From Squalus acanthias (Eukaryota), in the NCBI GenBank assembly GCA_030390025.1, contig CM059432.1:11532001-11596000 (forward strand): DNA of 64,000 bases. Reading direction: 5' to 3'. The first letter of the stretch is position 1. Each line of letters opens with the position of its first letter. Below are positions 1 through 11,725 of the stretch, piece by piece. Below the pieces are notes generated by a model. The model was not told the origin of the DNA and ran no database searches. It worked only from the letters and a program-made list of their open reading frames with translations. The position numbers and the translations under genes are program-made.

Positions 1-770
1 TTCCCCAAGGGGCCTCCCACCACAAGATTGCTGATTAGTCCTTCCTCATTACACAACACCCAGTCCAGGATGGCCTCCCCTCTAGTTGGTTCCTCAACAT
101 ATTGGTTTAGGAAACCATCCCTTAAACACTCTAGGAAATCCTCCTCCACCGTATTGCTTCCAGTTTGAGTAGCCCAATCTATATGCATATTAAAGTCACC
201 CATGATAACTGCTGCGCCTTTTTTGCATGCACCTCTGATTTCCTGTTTCATACCCTCCCCCACCTCACTACTACTGTTTGGAGGTCTGTACACAACCCCC
301 ACTAACGTTTTCTGCCCTTTGGTGTTCTGCAGCTCAACCCATATTGATCCCACATCCTCCAAGCTAATGTCCTTCCTAGCTATTGCATTAATCTCCTTTT
401 TAACCAGCAATGCTACCTCACCCCCTTTTCCTTTTATTCTATCCTTCCTGAATGTTGAATACCCCTGGATATTCAGTTCCCAGCCTTGATTGTTCTGGAG
501 CCACGTCTCTGTAATCCCAATCACATCATATCCGTTAACATCAATTTGCACAGTCAATTCATCCACCTTATTACGGATACTCCTTGCATTAAGACACAGA
601 GCCTTTAGGCTTGTTTTATTAACACCCTTTGTCCTTTTAGACTTATGATTTAGTATGGCCCTTTGTGTTTCTTGCCTTTGTTTACTCGGATTTCCCTTAT
701 TGTTTCTCACCCTTCTAACATTTGTTTCTGACTGCATATTACTTCCCCCTGTTTCGCTACATAGGTTCCC
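1..770 (-). mobile_element. CR1 LINE fragment, APE endonuclease region
   Basis: Minus strand encodes WVELQNTKGQKTLVGVVYRPP and AVIMGDFNMHIDW motifs, interrupted by stops. Confidence 0.85.
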
Positions 771-773
771 ATT

Positions 774-920
774 CAATGTGATAATGACCAGATAATCTGT
801 TTTAGTGATGTTGATTGAGGAATAAATATTGGCCAGGACACCGGGAATAACTCCCCTGCTCTTCTTCTAAATAGTGCCAGGTAGCAGAGAGGGCCTCGGT
901 TTAACGTCTCATCCGAAAGA
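774..920 (-). mobile_element. SacSINE1-like DeuSINE fragment
   Basis: Matches the central Deu domain of the fuller copies at 11266, 12488 and 56010. Confidence 0.75.
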
Positions 921-1003
921 CTGATGCTGTGCTGGTGTTAAGCTGATCTTAGCTGAGGCAGAGGTAACTGTGATACGGTTGGACACAGCATTCCTGAGTT
1001 ATA

Positions 1004-1865
1004 CATAGAGTCATAGAGTTATACAGCACAGAAAGAGGCCCTTCGGCCCATCGTGTCCGCGCCGGCCATCAAGCCCTGTCTATTCTAATCCCATTTTCCA
1101 GCACTTGGTCCGTAGCCTTGTATGCTATGGCGTTTCAAGTTCTCATCTAAATGCTTCTTGAATGTTGTGAGGGTTCCTTCCTTTACCACCCTTTCAGGCA
1201 GTGAGTTCCAGATTCCAACCACCCTCTGGGTGAAAAAGTTTTTCCTCAAATCCCCTCTAAACCTCCTGTCCCTTACCTTGAAACTATGCCCCCTGGTTAT
1301 TGACCCCTCTACTAAGGGGAAAAGTTCCTTTCTATCTACCCTATCTATGCCCCTCATAATTTTGTACGCCTCAATCAGGTCCCCCCTCAGCCTTCTCTGC
1401 TCTAAGGAAAACAACCCCAGCCTGCCCAGTCTCTCTTCATAGCTGAAGCGCTCCAGCCCAGGTAACATCCTGGTGAATCTCCTCTGCACCCTCTCCAATG
1501 CAATCACATCCCTCCTATAGTGTGGTGACCAGAACTGCACACAGTACTCCAGCTGTGGCCTAACTAGCGTTTTGTACAGCTCCATCATAACCTCCTTGCT
1601 CTTATATTCTATGCCTCGGCTAATGAAGGCAAGTATCCCATATGCCTTTTTAACCACCTTATCTACCTGTCCTGCTGCCTTCAGGGATCTATGTACATGC
1701 ACACCAAGGTCCCTCTGATCCTCTGTCCTTCCTAGGGTCCTACCATTCATTGTGTATTCCCTTGCCTTGTTAGTCCTCTCAAAACGCATCACCTCACACT
1801 TTTCAGGGTTAAATTCCATTTGCCACTGTTCTGCCCATCTGACCAACCCGTCTATATCGTCCTGT
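1004..1865 (-). mobile_element. CR1 LINE, 5'-truncated, young family
   Basis: ORF 1085-2086 carries the CR1 RT C-terminus (LYKTLVRPQLEYCVQFWSP...RRLRGDLIE...FFTQRVV) and an 8-bp repeat tail. Near-identical to 3445-4111. Confidence 0.92.
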
Positions 1866-2194
1866 CTATACGGAGGAAACCACCCAATGTTCCCACTCCC
1901 GGTGACACTAGTAGAAATGTACGTACATGAAGGGTGGGTGTCGCCAGGCTCAGATTTAATTGCATTGGCTCCCACAACCTGGTGACTTGTCATCTCAAAC
2001 TTCTGACGTGAATAATGGCCACTTGAGTGAGTAACCAGAGACCGACTGCCACCTGTGGAATAGCTCTCCAGTGACGGAGTCAGCACCTTCAGAAGAGGGT
2101 AGAAATATTAGGTCGATGATTCAATGGTATAAAAACCAACACTTTAGGCTGAGGTGCCTTGTAAATTTAGAACTTAATCTCACGTAGGGAATTT

Positions 2195-2575
2195 CATAAG
2201 AATTTAAGACATAGGAGCAGGAGTAGGCCATACGGCCCCTCGAGCCTGCTCCGCCATTCAATAAGATCATGGCTGATCTTCGACCTCAACACAACTTTCC
2301 CGCCCGATCTCCATATCCCTTGATTCCCCTAGTGCCCAAAAATCTATTGTTCTCTGTCTTGGATATATTCAACGACTGAGCCTCCACAGCCCTCTGGAGT
2401 AGAGAATTCCAAAGATTCACAACCCTCTGAATGAAGGAATTTCTCCTCATCTCAGTCCTAAACGGCCGACCCCTTATCCTGAGACTATGGCCCCTGGTTC
2501 TAAACTCTCCAGCCAGGGGCAACAGCCTCTCAGCATCTACCTCGTCAAGCCCTCTAAGAATTTTGTACGTTTCAG
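2195..2575 (-). mobile_element. CR1 LINE 3' end
   Basis: RTRGHSLRIRGRPFRTEMRRN motif plus the typical 3' UTR hairpin and tail. Confidence 0.85.
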
Positions 2576-2744
2576 GACGATCGCTCGTCCCAGTTTTAAG
2601 ATATTTAATTTTAAGATTCACAATACAATAAACTGGAAAAATAAAACTGGCCATACACGTGAGTAAAAATATAATGTTTTTAAGGATATACAGGAGAAAG
2701 TCATGAAGAAATGTCGAAGGAAAGTAGTAAAACCTAGATTTAAG

Positions 2745-3185
2745 TGACTAAGACTGAACAGTCTGGGGCACGTTTCTCGAGAAAAAAGAAGACTGAGAGC
2801 TGACCTGATTGAGGTCTTTAAAATTATGAAGGGGTTTGTTAGGGTAGACGTAGAGAAGATGTTTCCACTTGTGGGGAAGAGCAAAACTAGGGACCATAAA
2901 TATAAGATAGTCACTAATAAATCCAATAAGGAATTCAGGAGAAACTTCTTTACTCAGAGAGTGGTGAGAAGGTGGAACTCACTACCACAGGGAGTGGTTG
3001 AGGCAAATAGCACAGATGCATTTAAGCGGAAGCTGGATAGGTACACGATGAAGAAAGATATGTTGATAGGGTGAGATGAAGTAATTAGAGTGGGAGGAGG
3101 CTTGTGTGGAGAATAAACACCGGCACAGTCTAATTGGGCCGAATGACCTGTTTCTGTGCTGTAACTTCCATGTAATTCAATATGT
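2745..3185 (+). mobile_element. CR1 LINE 3' end
   Basis: ORF 2826-3074 with the FRRNFFTQRVV motif and 3' UTR. Confidence 0.85.
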
Positions 3186-3254
3186 AAGTGGTTAACCTGG
3201 GTCATTGGAGTAAGCTTAAAGGAAGTTAATTTTTTTTTAAGAAATAGAAAGAGA

Positions 3255-5620
3255 AAGAAAGAAAGAAAGAAAAAGGGAGTATGAAAAGAAACTTGCAAGG
3301 GATATCAAAATCAATACGAAGAATTTTTGCAGTTACATTAGGAAAAAGAGGGCGGTCAGGAGCAATGTTGGCCCCTTAAAAACTGAAAGTGGTGATATTG
3401 TCAGTGACAATGGGGGAAATGGCGGACATGTTGAATAATTACTTTAGAGTCATAGATAGAGTTATACAGCACAGAAAGAGGCCCTTCGGCCCATTGTGTC
3501 TGCGCCGGCCATCAAGCCCTGTCTATTCTAATCCTATTTTCCAGCACTTGGTCCGTAGCCTTGTATGCTATGGCGTTTCAAGTGCTCATCTAAATGCTTC
3601 TTGAATGTTGTGAGGGTTCCTGCCTCTACCACCCTTTCAGGCAGTGAGTTCCAGATTCTAACCACCCTCTGGGTGAAAAAGTTTTTCCTCAAATCCCCTC
3701 TAAACCTCCTGCCCCTTACCTTGAAACTATGCCCCCTGGTTATTGACCCCTCTACTAAGGGGAAAAGTTCCTTTCTATCTAGCCTATCTATGCCCCTCAT
3801 AATTTTGTACACCTCAATCAGGTCCCCCCTCAGCCTCCTCTGCTCTAAGGAAAACAACCCCAGCCTGTCCAGTCTCTCTTCATAGCTGAAACGCTCCAGC
3901 CCAGGTAACATCCTGGTGAATCTCCTCTGCACCCTCTCCAATGCAATCACATCCTTCCTATAGTGTAGCGACCAGAACTGCACACAGTATTCCAGCTGTG
4001 GCCTAACTAGCGTTTTGTACAGCTCCATCATAACCTCCCTGCTCTTATATTCTATGCCTCGGCTGATGAAGGCAAGTATCCCATATGCCTTCTAAACCAC
4101 CTTATCTACCTTTGCGTCAGTACTTACAGTAGAAGAAGAGGATAGCATGCCGGAAATCCCAAAGAAACTAATATTGAATCGGGGACAGGGACTCAATAAA
4201 ATTACCGTAAGTAAAATAACAGTAATGAAGAAAATAATGGCGAGTGACAAATCCCCAGGGCCAGATGGTTTCCATCTCAGGGTTTTAAAGGAAGTAGGTG
4301 AGCACATTGCAGATGCCCTAATTATAATCTTCCAAAGTTCTCTAGATTCAGGAACCATCCCTTTAGATTGGAAAATTGTGCATGTCATTCCGCTTTTTAA
4401 GAATGGTGAGAGAGGGAAACCAGGGAATTATAGACCAGTTAGCCTAACATCTGTTGTCGGGAAATTGCTGGGGTCTATAATTAAGGATAGGGTGACTGAA
4501 CATCTCAAAAATGTTCAATTGATCAGACAGAGCCAGCATGGATTTGTGAAAGATAGTTCATGCCTGACAAACCTGATTGAATTTTTTGAAGAGGTGACTA
4601 AAGTAGTGGACAGGGGATTGTCTGTAGATGTTATTTATATGGACTTCCAGAAGGCATTTGATAAAGTCCTATATAAGAGACTGTTATCTAAGGTAGAAGC
4701 CCACGGAATTGAGGGCAAATTATTGACCTGGTTAAGAAATTAGCTGAGCGGCAAGAGACAGAGTAGAGATAATGGGTAGGTACTCAAATTAGCAGGATGT
4801 GACTAGTGGTGTACAGCAGGGATCTGTGTTGGGGCCTCAACTATTCACAATATTTATTAACGACTTAGATGATGTCATAGAAAGTCATATATCCAAATTT
4901 GCCAATGACACAAAGATAGGCGGCATTGTAGGCAGTGTGGATGAAAGCATAAAATTACAAAGGGATATTGATAGATTAAGCGAATGGGCAAAACTGTGGC
5001 AAATGGATTTCAATGTAAGCAAATGTGAGGTCATCCACTTTGGACCTAAAAAGGATAGAACAGGGTACTTTCTAAATGGTGAAAAGCTAAAACAGTGGAT
5101 GTCCAAAGAGACTTGGGATTCAGGTACATAGATCATTAAAATGTCATGAACAGGTACAGAAAATAATCAAAAAGGCTAATGGAATGCTGGCCTCTATATT
5201 AGGGTTGTATTCTTTAGAATTTAGAAGGTTAAGGGGTGATCTGATCGAAGTTTTCAGGATATTAAGAGGAACTGATAGGGTAGATAGAGAGAAACTATTT
5301 CCACTGGTTGGGGATTCTAGGACTAGGGGGCATAAGTCTAAAAATTAGAGCCAGACCTTTCAGGAGTGACATTAGGAAACACTTTTACACACAAAGGGTG
5401 GTAGAAGTTTGGAGCTCTCTTCTGCAAACGACAATTGATGCAAGATCAATTGTTAATTTTAAATCGGAGATTGATAGCTTTCTGTTAACCAAAGGTATTA
5501 AGAGAGATGGGCCAAAGGCGGGTATATGGAGTTAGGTCGCAGATCAGCCATGATCTCATTGAATGGCGAAACAGGCTCGAGGGGCTGAATGGCCTCCTCC
5601 TGTTCCTAGGTTCCTATGTA
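3255..5620 (+). mobile_element. CR1 LINE (RT domain, degenerate), interrupted by a younger minus-strand CR1
   Basis: ORFs 4147-4743 ([29 protein letters not shown]), 4799-5131 (QGSVLGP, FANDTK) and 5308-5535. Confidence 0.9.
3445..4111 (-). mobile_element. CR1 LINE 3' part nested in the + strand CR1
   Basis: ORF 3534-4031. The host sequence reads through (aataattacttt...gcgtcagt) when this copy is removed. Confidence 0.92.
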
Positions 5621-6014
5621 AGAATACTCGCACTTTGTTAGTAGCCGAGCCTCTCATCTCTGGTCCTGAAAGCTGTGCCTGACTCATTAATTCAGCAGAT
5701 CGGCAGCACCCGAAAGAAAACAACAATGTAATCCCTTTCACATCCTGACGGACCTGCCAACTATTTCCAGCATTTGCGCTTCTCATTTTGGATTTCTAAC
5801 AACAACTTGAGTTATGGCTGACAGGAGGGGAGAATAGATTGTTTTGTTTCATTCACACGCCCCCTCCCCCCACGCCCCCTCCTCTCCCCTTTTTTGCACT
5901 CATATTTCCTCCTTAATCCAGGTGCGGGAAGTCACTTTCTGTTACAATGTAGCAAATGAAGCAATGTAGCAAATAGGTATGAGAGAATGTAGCTCTCCAA
6001 CAAGAGAGAGTCTA

Positions 6015-6697
6015 ACCACCTCCCCATGACATTCAATGGCATTACCATCGTCAAATCCCCCAACATCAACATCCTGGGGGGTCACCATTGACCAGAAACT
6101 TAACTGGACCAGCTACACAAATACTGAGCAGGTCAGAGGCTGGGTATTCTGTGGCGAGTGACTCACCTCCACCACCTACAAGGCACAAGTCAGGAGTGTG
6201 ATGAAATATTCTCCACTTACCTGGATGAGTGCAGCTCCAACAACACTCAAGAAGCTCGACACCATCCAGGACAAAGCGGCCCGCTTGATTGGCACCCATC
6301 CAACTTTAAACATTCACTCCCTCCACAACCGATGTAATGTGTCTGCAGTGTGTACCGTCTACAAGATGCACTGCAGCAACTCGCCAAGGCTTCATCGACA
6401 GCACCTCCAAAACCCGCAACCTCTACTGGGCAGCAGGTGCATTGGAGCACCACCATCTCCCAAGTTCCCTTCCAAGTCACACACCATCCTGACTTGGAAA
6501 TACATCATTGTTCCTTCATCGTCGCTGGATCAAAATCCTGGAACTCTCTCCTTAACAGCACTGTGGGAGTACCTTCACCACACGGACTGCAGTGGTTCAA
6601 GAAGGCGGCTCACCACCACCTTCTCAAGGGCAATTAGGGATGGGCAATAAATGCTGGCCTTGCCAGCGATGCCCACATCCCGTGAACGAATAAATTA
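6015..6697 (+). mobile_element. Non-LTR retrotransposon 3' end, second CR1/L2-group family
   Basis: YKAQVRSVM(E/K)YSPL-W...KKLDTIQDKAARLI is an RT C-terminal motif, followed by an aataaatgctggccttgccagcga tail. Other copies at ~18945-19210(-), 33075-33160(-), 38420-38615(-), 48305-48788(+) and 53085-53342/55497-55645(+). Confidence 0.75.
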
Positions 6698-6727
6698 AAT
6701 AGAATGATGCAGTGTAGCAAATAGTTA

Positions 6728-7960
6728 TAGAAATCATAGAATCATAGACATTTACAGCACAGAAGGAGGCCATCCAGCCTATCGTGTCTGTGCCAGCCGA
6801 AAAAAAGCTATACAGCCTAATCCCACTTTCCAGCTCTTGATCCGTAGCCCTGTAGGTGATGGCACTTCAAGTGCATATCCAAGTACTTTTTAAATGTGAT
6901 GAGGGTTTCTGCCTCTACCACCCTTTCAGGCAGTGAGTTCCAGACCCCCACCACCCTCTGGGCGAAAAAAGTTCTCCTTAACTCCCCCTCTAATCCTTCT
7001 ACCACTCATTTTAAATCTATGCCCCTGGTTATTGACCTCTTTGCTAAGGAAAATAGGTCCTTCCTATCCACTCTATCCAGGCCCCTCATCATTTTATACA
7101 CCTCAATTAAGTCTCCTCTGTTCCAAAGAAAACAACCCCAGCCTATCCAATCTTGCAAGGGGGTTGGAGTACAAGAGTAAGGAAGTCTTACTACAATTGT
7201 ACAGGGCTTTGGTGAGACCACACCTGGAGTACTGTGCACAGTTTTGGTCTCCTTATCGGAGGAAGGAGATACTTGCCTTGGAGGCGGTGCAATTGAATGT
7301 TCACTAGATTGATCCCTGGGATGAGAGGGTTGTCCTATAAGGAGAGATTGAGTAGATTGGGCCTATACTCTCTGGAGTTTAGAAGAATGAGAGGTGATCT
7401 CATTGAAACATATAAGATACTGAGGGGGATTGACAGGGTAGATGCTGAGAGGTTGTTTCCCCTGGCTGGAGAGTCTAGAACTAGGGGGCATAGTCTCAGG
7501 ATAAGGGGTCGGCCATTTAAGACTGAGATGAGGAGGAATTTCTTCACACAGAGGGTTGTAAATCTTTGGAATTCTCTACCCCAGAGGGCTGTGGCTACTG
7601 AGTTATTGAGTATATTCAAAAGTGAGAAGTCTCACAACACCAGGTTATAGTCCAACAGCTTTATTTGAAATCACAAGCTTTTGGAGAGCTGCTCCTTCGT
7701 CAGGTGAAGTTATATTCAAGGCTGAGATGGATAGATTTTTGGACTCCAGGAGAATCAAGGGATATGGGGATCGGACGGGAAAATGGAGGTGAGGTCGAAG
7801 ATCAGCCGTGATCTTATTGAATGGCGGAGCAGGCTCGAGGGGCCAAACGGCCAACACCTGCTCCTAATTCTTAAGTTCTTATGTTCCTCATGGCTAAAAT
7901 TCTCCAGTCCTGGCAACACCCTCGTAAATCTTCTCTGTTCCCTCTCTAGTGCAATCACAG
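6728..7960. mobile_element. Nested CR1 cluster: minus CR1 (6728-7152 and 7885-7958) split by a plus CR1 (7153-7885)
   Basis: CR1 C-terminal ORFs on both strands; the minus copy resumes after the tail of the plus copy. Confidence 0.85.
7620..7710 (-). mobile_element. Short Penelope-like terminal fragment (family A) with a degenerate hammerhead motif
   Basis: Flanked by TSD tatattcaa (7611-7619 / 7711-7719) inside a CR1. Minus strand reads tcac-CTGACGA-a-ggagc...ctcc-AAAA-gctt-gtga, with the GAAA core mutated. Confidence 0.75.
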
Positions 7961-8039
7961 TGTTATGAGAGAATGTAGCAAACGGTGCAGTGTAGCGAGA
8001 GAATGTTGCAAATTATGCAGTGTAGCAAATGAGTGAAGA

Positions 8040-8700
8040 GAGAAATCGACGGGCGTTTGGACCACGTTGTATGATCTCTCTCTCTCTCTCTTTCTCCCAG
8101 GCATTGAAGAGCGAGTCATATGATTGGATTTAATAAGAAGCCGCTGCAAGAGGCTGGTGTGTGAATTGTGGAGATTCCAGTGTGGTGGAGGCGATGATGA
8201 TGATGATGCGGCTGGAGAAGATGATGATTCTCCTCTTATTCCTCCCCCCGATGGTTTAGGATTGATCCGGTGTTACAATCCCCCCTTTCCATTCCCAGCC
8301 AGAGCTGCTGAGACCATGGCAGAGCAATGCGCCCAGACCCCGGCGGCAGCCTCGGCAGCAGTCGAGCTGGACGCGCAGGAGCTGTCCCTGGAGCAGATTC
8401 TCAAGCTGTACAACCAGCCGCTGAACGAGGAGCAGGCGTGGGCCGTCTGCTACCAGTGCTGCGGCACTCTGCGGCGGCACCGGCGGCGGCGCCCACCCCC
8501 CGATCCCGCCGGGGACTGGCACCCGTTCTGGGGCAGGCTGAGCGGGGCCAGGGCGGTCATCCTGCACCGGGACGGCAACATCAGCATCCGAGCCGATTCA
8601 GGTATGAAATGCGCCGTGTTAATAAAGAGCTGAGTGTTCAGTAAAACCCCCCCAGATGGTCTTGACAAGAGGGGCAGGGTTAGCATCTCAGGCGCGCCAG
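8040..8700 (+). promoter_or_regulatory. CpG-rich first-exon / 5' UTR region of SPIRE1, with (TC)n at ~8074-8095 and (GAT)n at ~8193-8228
   Basis: High GC and CpG density over the coding exon relative to its flanks. Non-repetitive sequence directly after the TE cluster. The TSS cannot be determined from sequence. Confidence 0.55.
8316..8601 (+). CDS. SPIRE1: SPIRE1 (protein spire homolog 1) coding exon 1, N-terminal part of the KIND domain
   Basis: ATG at 8316 in a strong Kozak context (accATGg). Translation contains ELSLEQILKLYNQPLNEEQAWAVCYQCCGTL, matching the SPIRE KIND start; Y-N-Q-P and CYQCC fit SPIRE1 rather than SPIRE2. Ends in a phase-1 donor TCAG|gtatga (gt at 8602-8603). CpG-rich. 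Confidence 0.93.
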
Positions 8701-8742
8701 TTACATAAGAAATCTGTGTAGAAATAGATTAATAAACATTTA

Positions 8743-8907
8743 TAGAAATAATGTTTATTAATTTATTTCTAGAAATGTTTACTAATTTATTTTTAGATAT
8801 GTTTATTAATTTATTTCAAGAAATGTTTATTAATTTATTTCTAGAAATATTTATTTTATTTCCTGAAATGTTTATTAATTTATTTCCTGAAATGTTTATT
8901 AATTTAA
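8743..8907. repeat. AT-rich minisatellite, ~7 copies of a ~24-bp unit gaaatgtttattaatttatttc(t/c)
   Basis: Directly visible; explains the repetitive ORF MFINLFLE at 8751-8948. Confidence 0.9.
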
Positions 8908-9226
8908 CCATTAAACAAGAGGAATCCGCATCAATGCCTCTACTGTAAGAAAGGTTTGATTTAAACCCAGAATTAAATAAGTTAAGATAAGGTACTGTAG
9001 GAAATGGGTTCGGTAAATATATACAGTACTAGGTATAGAACAGGCAGGATTTATTCGGCAAATCCTCAAGTGCCAGTGTTTAAAAGAGGGAAAACAGATG
9101 GGAGACAAGAGTGGCTGGTTTGAAAGGCGAAGCGGATGGGGCGGCAGAATCAGCATTAACAAGAGGCCTCTGAAATTAACCCGGTGCCTGGTCCGGGAGC
9201 AAAAGACATCACATCGCAGGGAGGTG

Positions 9227-9234
<8 letters not shown>

Positions 9235-9257
<23 letters not shown>

Positions 9258-9260
9258 TAT
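9235..9260. repeat. (AT)n microsatellite
   Basis: Directly visible. Confidence 0.95.
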
Positions 9261-9924
9261 CTTTAAAAAAAAAGAAAGTGAAGTATTGAAAAATAAACCC
9301 CAAAAGAAAAATCAACAAAGCCGGAATAAATTGGTCCAGGCAGCACACAGCACAAGGGAGAGTCAATCGGCAGCCAGCTTTCATTGTGACAGCAAGATTA
9401 TTCCTGAGGCCGCAGCAATATCAGTCCCGCCTCGGTAAACAAGCTGGGAACTCGAGAGATGGGCAGGGAACAGTAAAAATAATAATAATCATCATTCATA
9501 AAAAAGAACAAAGACTGATAAATGGACCAGTAATAAGCAGGGTAAAAGTGGGGGAAATACCAATCATCTAATAAAGGCTTTAATTCAATTATTTTCAAAA
9601 AAAAATTAATTCAGAATAATAAGCTAATCCATCGGTTTTCAGTTCATGTAGAAACAGAGGACTGAATCGACAAATGACATAAAAACATCATTATTATTAT
9701 TATTCAGTCATCCTGATTCTAGGTAACAGCAGCCCCCTGTGTGTATTATGGGTAAAGCCACTCGTTTTCATGAGAAAAACAAACTGAATGCAGGAGTGGA
9801 TCTCCCTCCCCCAAACACTGGAATTCCCTGTAATAAAATCGGAATTTGACTCAGTAAATGACTGGCTCGGAACATAATTATTAACAACAGGCCGCCACAA
9901 GGCAGCCGGAAGTAGGAACATAAT

Positions 9925-10165
9925 AAAAGAAAGACTTGCATTTATATAGCGCCTTTCACGACCACCGGACATCTCAAAGCGCTTTACAGCCAATGAAATA
10001 CGTTTTTTTTTTAAGTGGAGTCACTGTTGTGGAAACGCGGCAGCCAATTTACGCACAGCAAGGCCCCACAAAAAGCAATGTGATAATGACCAGATAATCT
10101 GTTTTTATTATGTTGGATGAGCGATAAATATTGGCCCCAGGACACCGGGGAGAACTCCCTGGCTA
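9925..10165 (-). mobile_element. SacSINE1-like DeuSINE 3' half
   Basis: Reverse of the L2-type tail (aaaggcgctatataaatgcaagtc) plus Deu-domain sequence. Confidence 0.8.
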
Positions 10166-10394
10166 CAATAGCTACGACCTGTACTTTTATGGCATCTTTA
10201 ACATAGTAAAATTCACAGAAGTGGGGAAAGAAATAACTGGACAAGGAGCAGTCTTGGGATGGGTGGGGCGTTGGTGACTGAAGCGAAACTCAAAGAGATA
10301 GGTTTTAAGGAGTCTTTTAAGGAAGGAAGGAAGGTAGCAGTGGAGTGACAGGAGAAATGATGTAAAGGAGGGCAGAGTTGGAAGGAACAGAATT

Positions 10395-11130
10395 GGAATA
10401 TGGGAACTGGAGTAGGCCCTTGAGCCTGTTCCGTCATTCATTTACCTCGTGTACCTCAACTCCATTTACCCGCCTTCGTTCCACATCACTTGATACCTTG
10501 ACCCAACAAAAATCTATCTCTGTATTGAAAATTTCAATTGACCCCCCCCCGCCCCCCCCAGCATCCGCAGCCTTTTGGGGAGCGAGTTCCAGATCTCCAC
10601 CACCCCTTGTGTGGAAAAACTGTTTTCTAATTTCACTCCTAAATGGCCGAGCTCTAATTTTAAGATTATGGCCCCTTGTTCTGGATTTTGCCCATCAGAG
10701 GAAATAGTTTCTCTGTATCGACCCTATGGAATCTCTTAATCTTCTAAACTCAAGAGAAGACAGGCAAGTTTATGCAGCCTGTCCTCATAATTTACATAGA
10801 AACATAGAAAATAGGAGCAGGAGTAGGCCATTCGGCCCCTCGAGCCTGCTCCGCCATTAAATGTGATCATGGCTGATCATCCAAATTCAGTACCCTGTCC
10901 CTGCTTTCTCCCCATATCCCTTGGTCCCTTTAGCCTTAAGAAATATATCTAACTCCTTCTTGAATATATTTAATGAATTGGCCTCAACTGCCTTCTGTGG
11001 TAGAGAATTCCACAGGTTCACCACTCTCTGGGTGAAGAAATTCCTCCTCATCTCAGTCCTAAATGGCTTACCCCTTATCCTTAGACTGTGACCTCTTTAA
11101 GCTCTGGTATCATTCTGGTGAATCGGCGTT
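10395..11130 (-). mobile_element. Two nested CR1 3' fragments
   Basis: CR1 3' UTR hairpins at ~10400 and ~10795 with antisense RT C-terminal motifs. Confidence 0.8.
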
Positions 11131-11265
11131 GTATTCTTTTAATACCCTGGGGTGAAAACCATCAAGTTCTGGAGCTGTGTCTATCTGAAGTCCCATTATT
11201 TTCTCCATTACCATTTGTTTTAATTGTTAAATCCACTAAGTTCCTCCCCTTCACTTATTTTTTGG

Positions 11266-11725
11266 TGTCAACCATGGCTCAGTGGGTAGCACTCTCTCCT
11301 CTGAATCAGCAGGTTTGTGGGTTCAAGCCCCGCTCCAGAGACTTGACTATATAATTTAGGCTGGCACTACAGTGCAATATTAAGGGAGTGCTACTGTCTG
11401 AGGGGCCGTCTTTTGGATAAGATCGTAAACCGAGACCCTGTGTGCCCTCTCAGGCAGACAAAGAGATCCCCACGGCACTATTCGAAGAGGAGCAGGGGAG
11501 TTCTCTCGGTGTCCTGGCCAATATTTATCCCTCAACCAACATCACTGAAAACAGATGATCTGTTTATTTATTTCATTGCAGTTTGCGGAACCTTGATGTG
11601 TGCAAATTAGCTGCTGTTTCCCACATTACAACAGTGACTACACTTCAAAAGTACGTCATTGGCTGTAAAGCGCTTTGGGACGTCCTGAGGTCATGAAAGG
11701 CGCTTTATAAATACAATTCTTTCTT
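11266..11725 (+). mobile_element. SacSINE1-like DeuSINE, near full length
   Basis: tRNA-like head with A box (tggctcagtggg) and B box (ggttcaagccc), Deu central domain, L2-like tail. Confidence 0.85.

Noticed and set aside
1085..2086. 333-aa ORF as a host gene or chimeric protein
   Set aside because: It is the CR1 RT C-terminus with a chance open extension into flanking DNA.
8124..8633. 169-aa ORF as a complete single-exon protein
   Set aside because: It starts at a non-ATG codon and reads through the splice donor at 8602. Only 8316-8601 is supported as coding.
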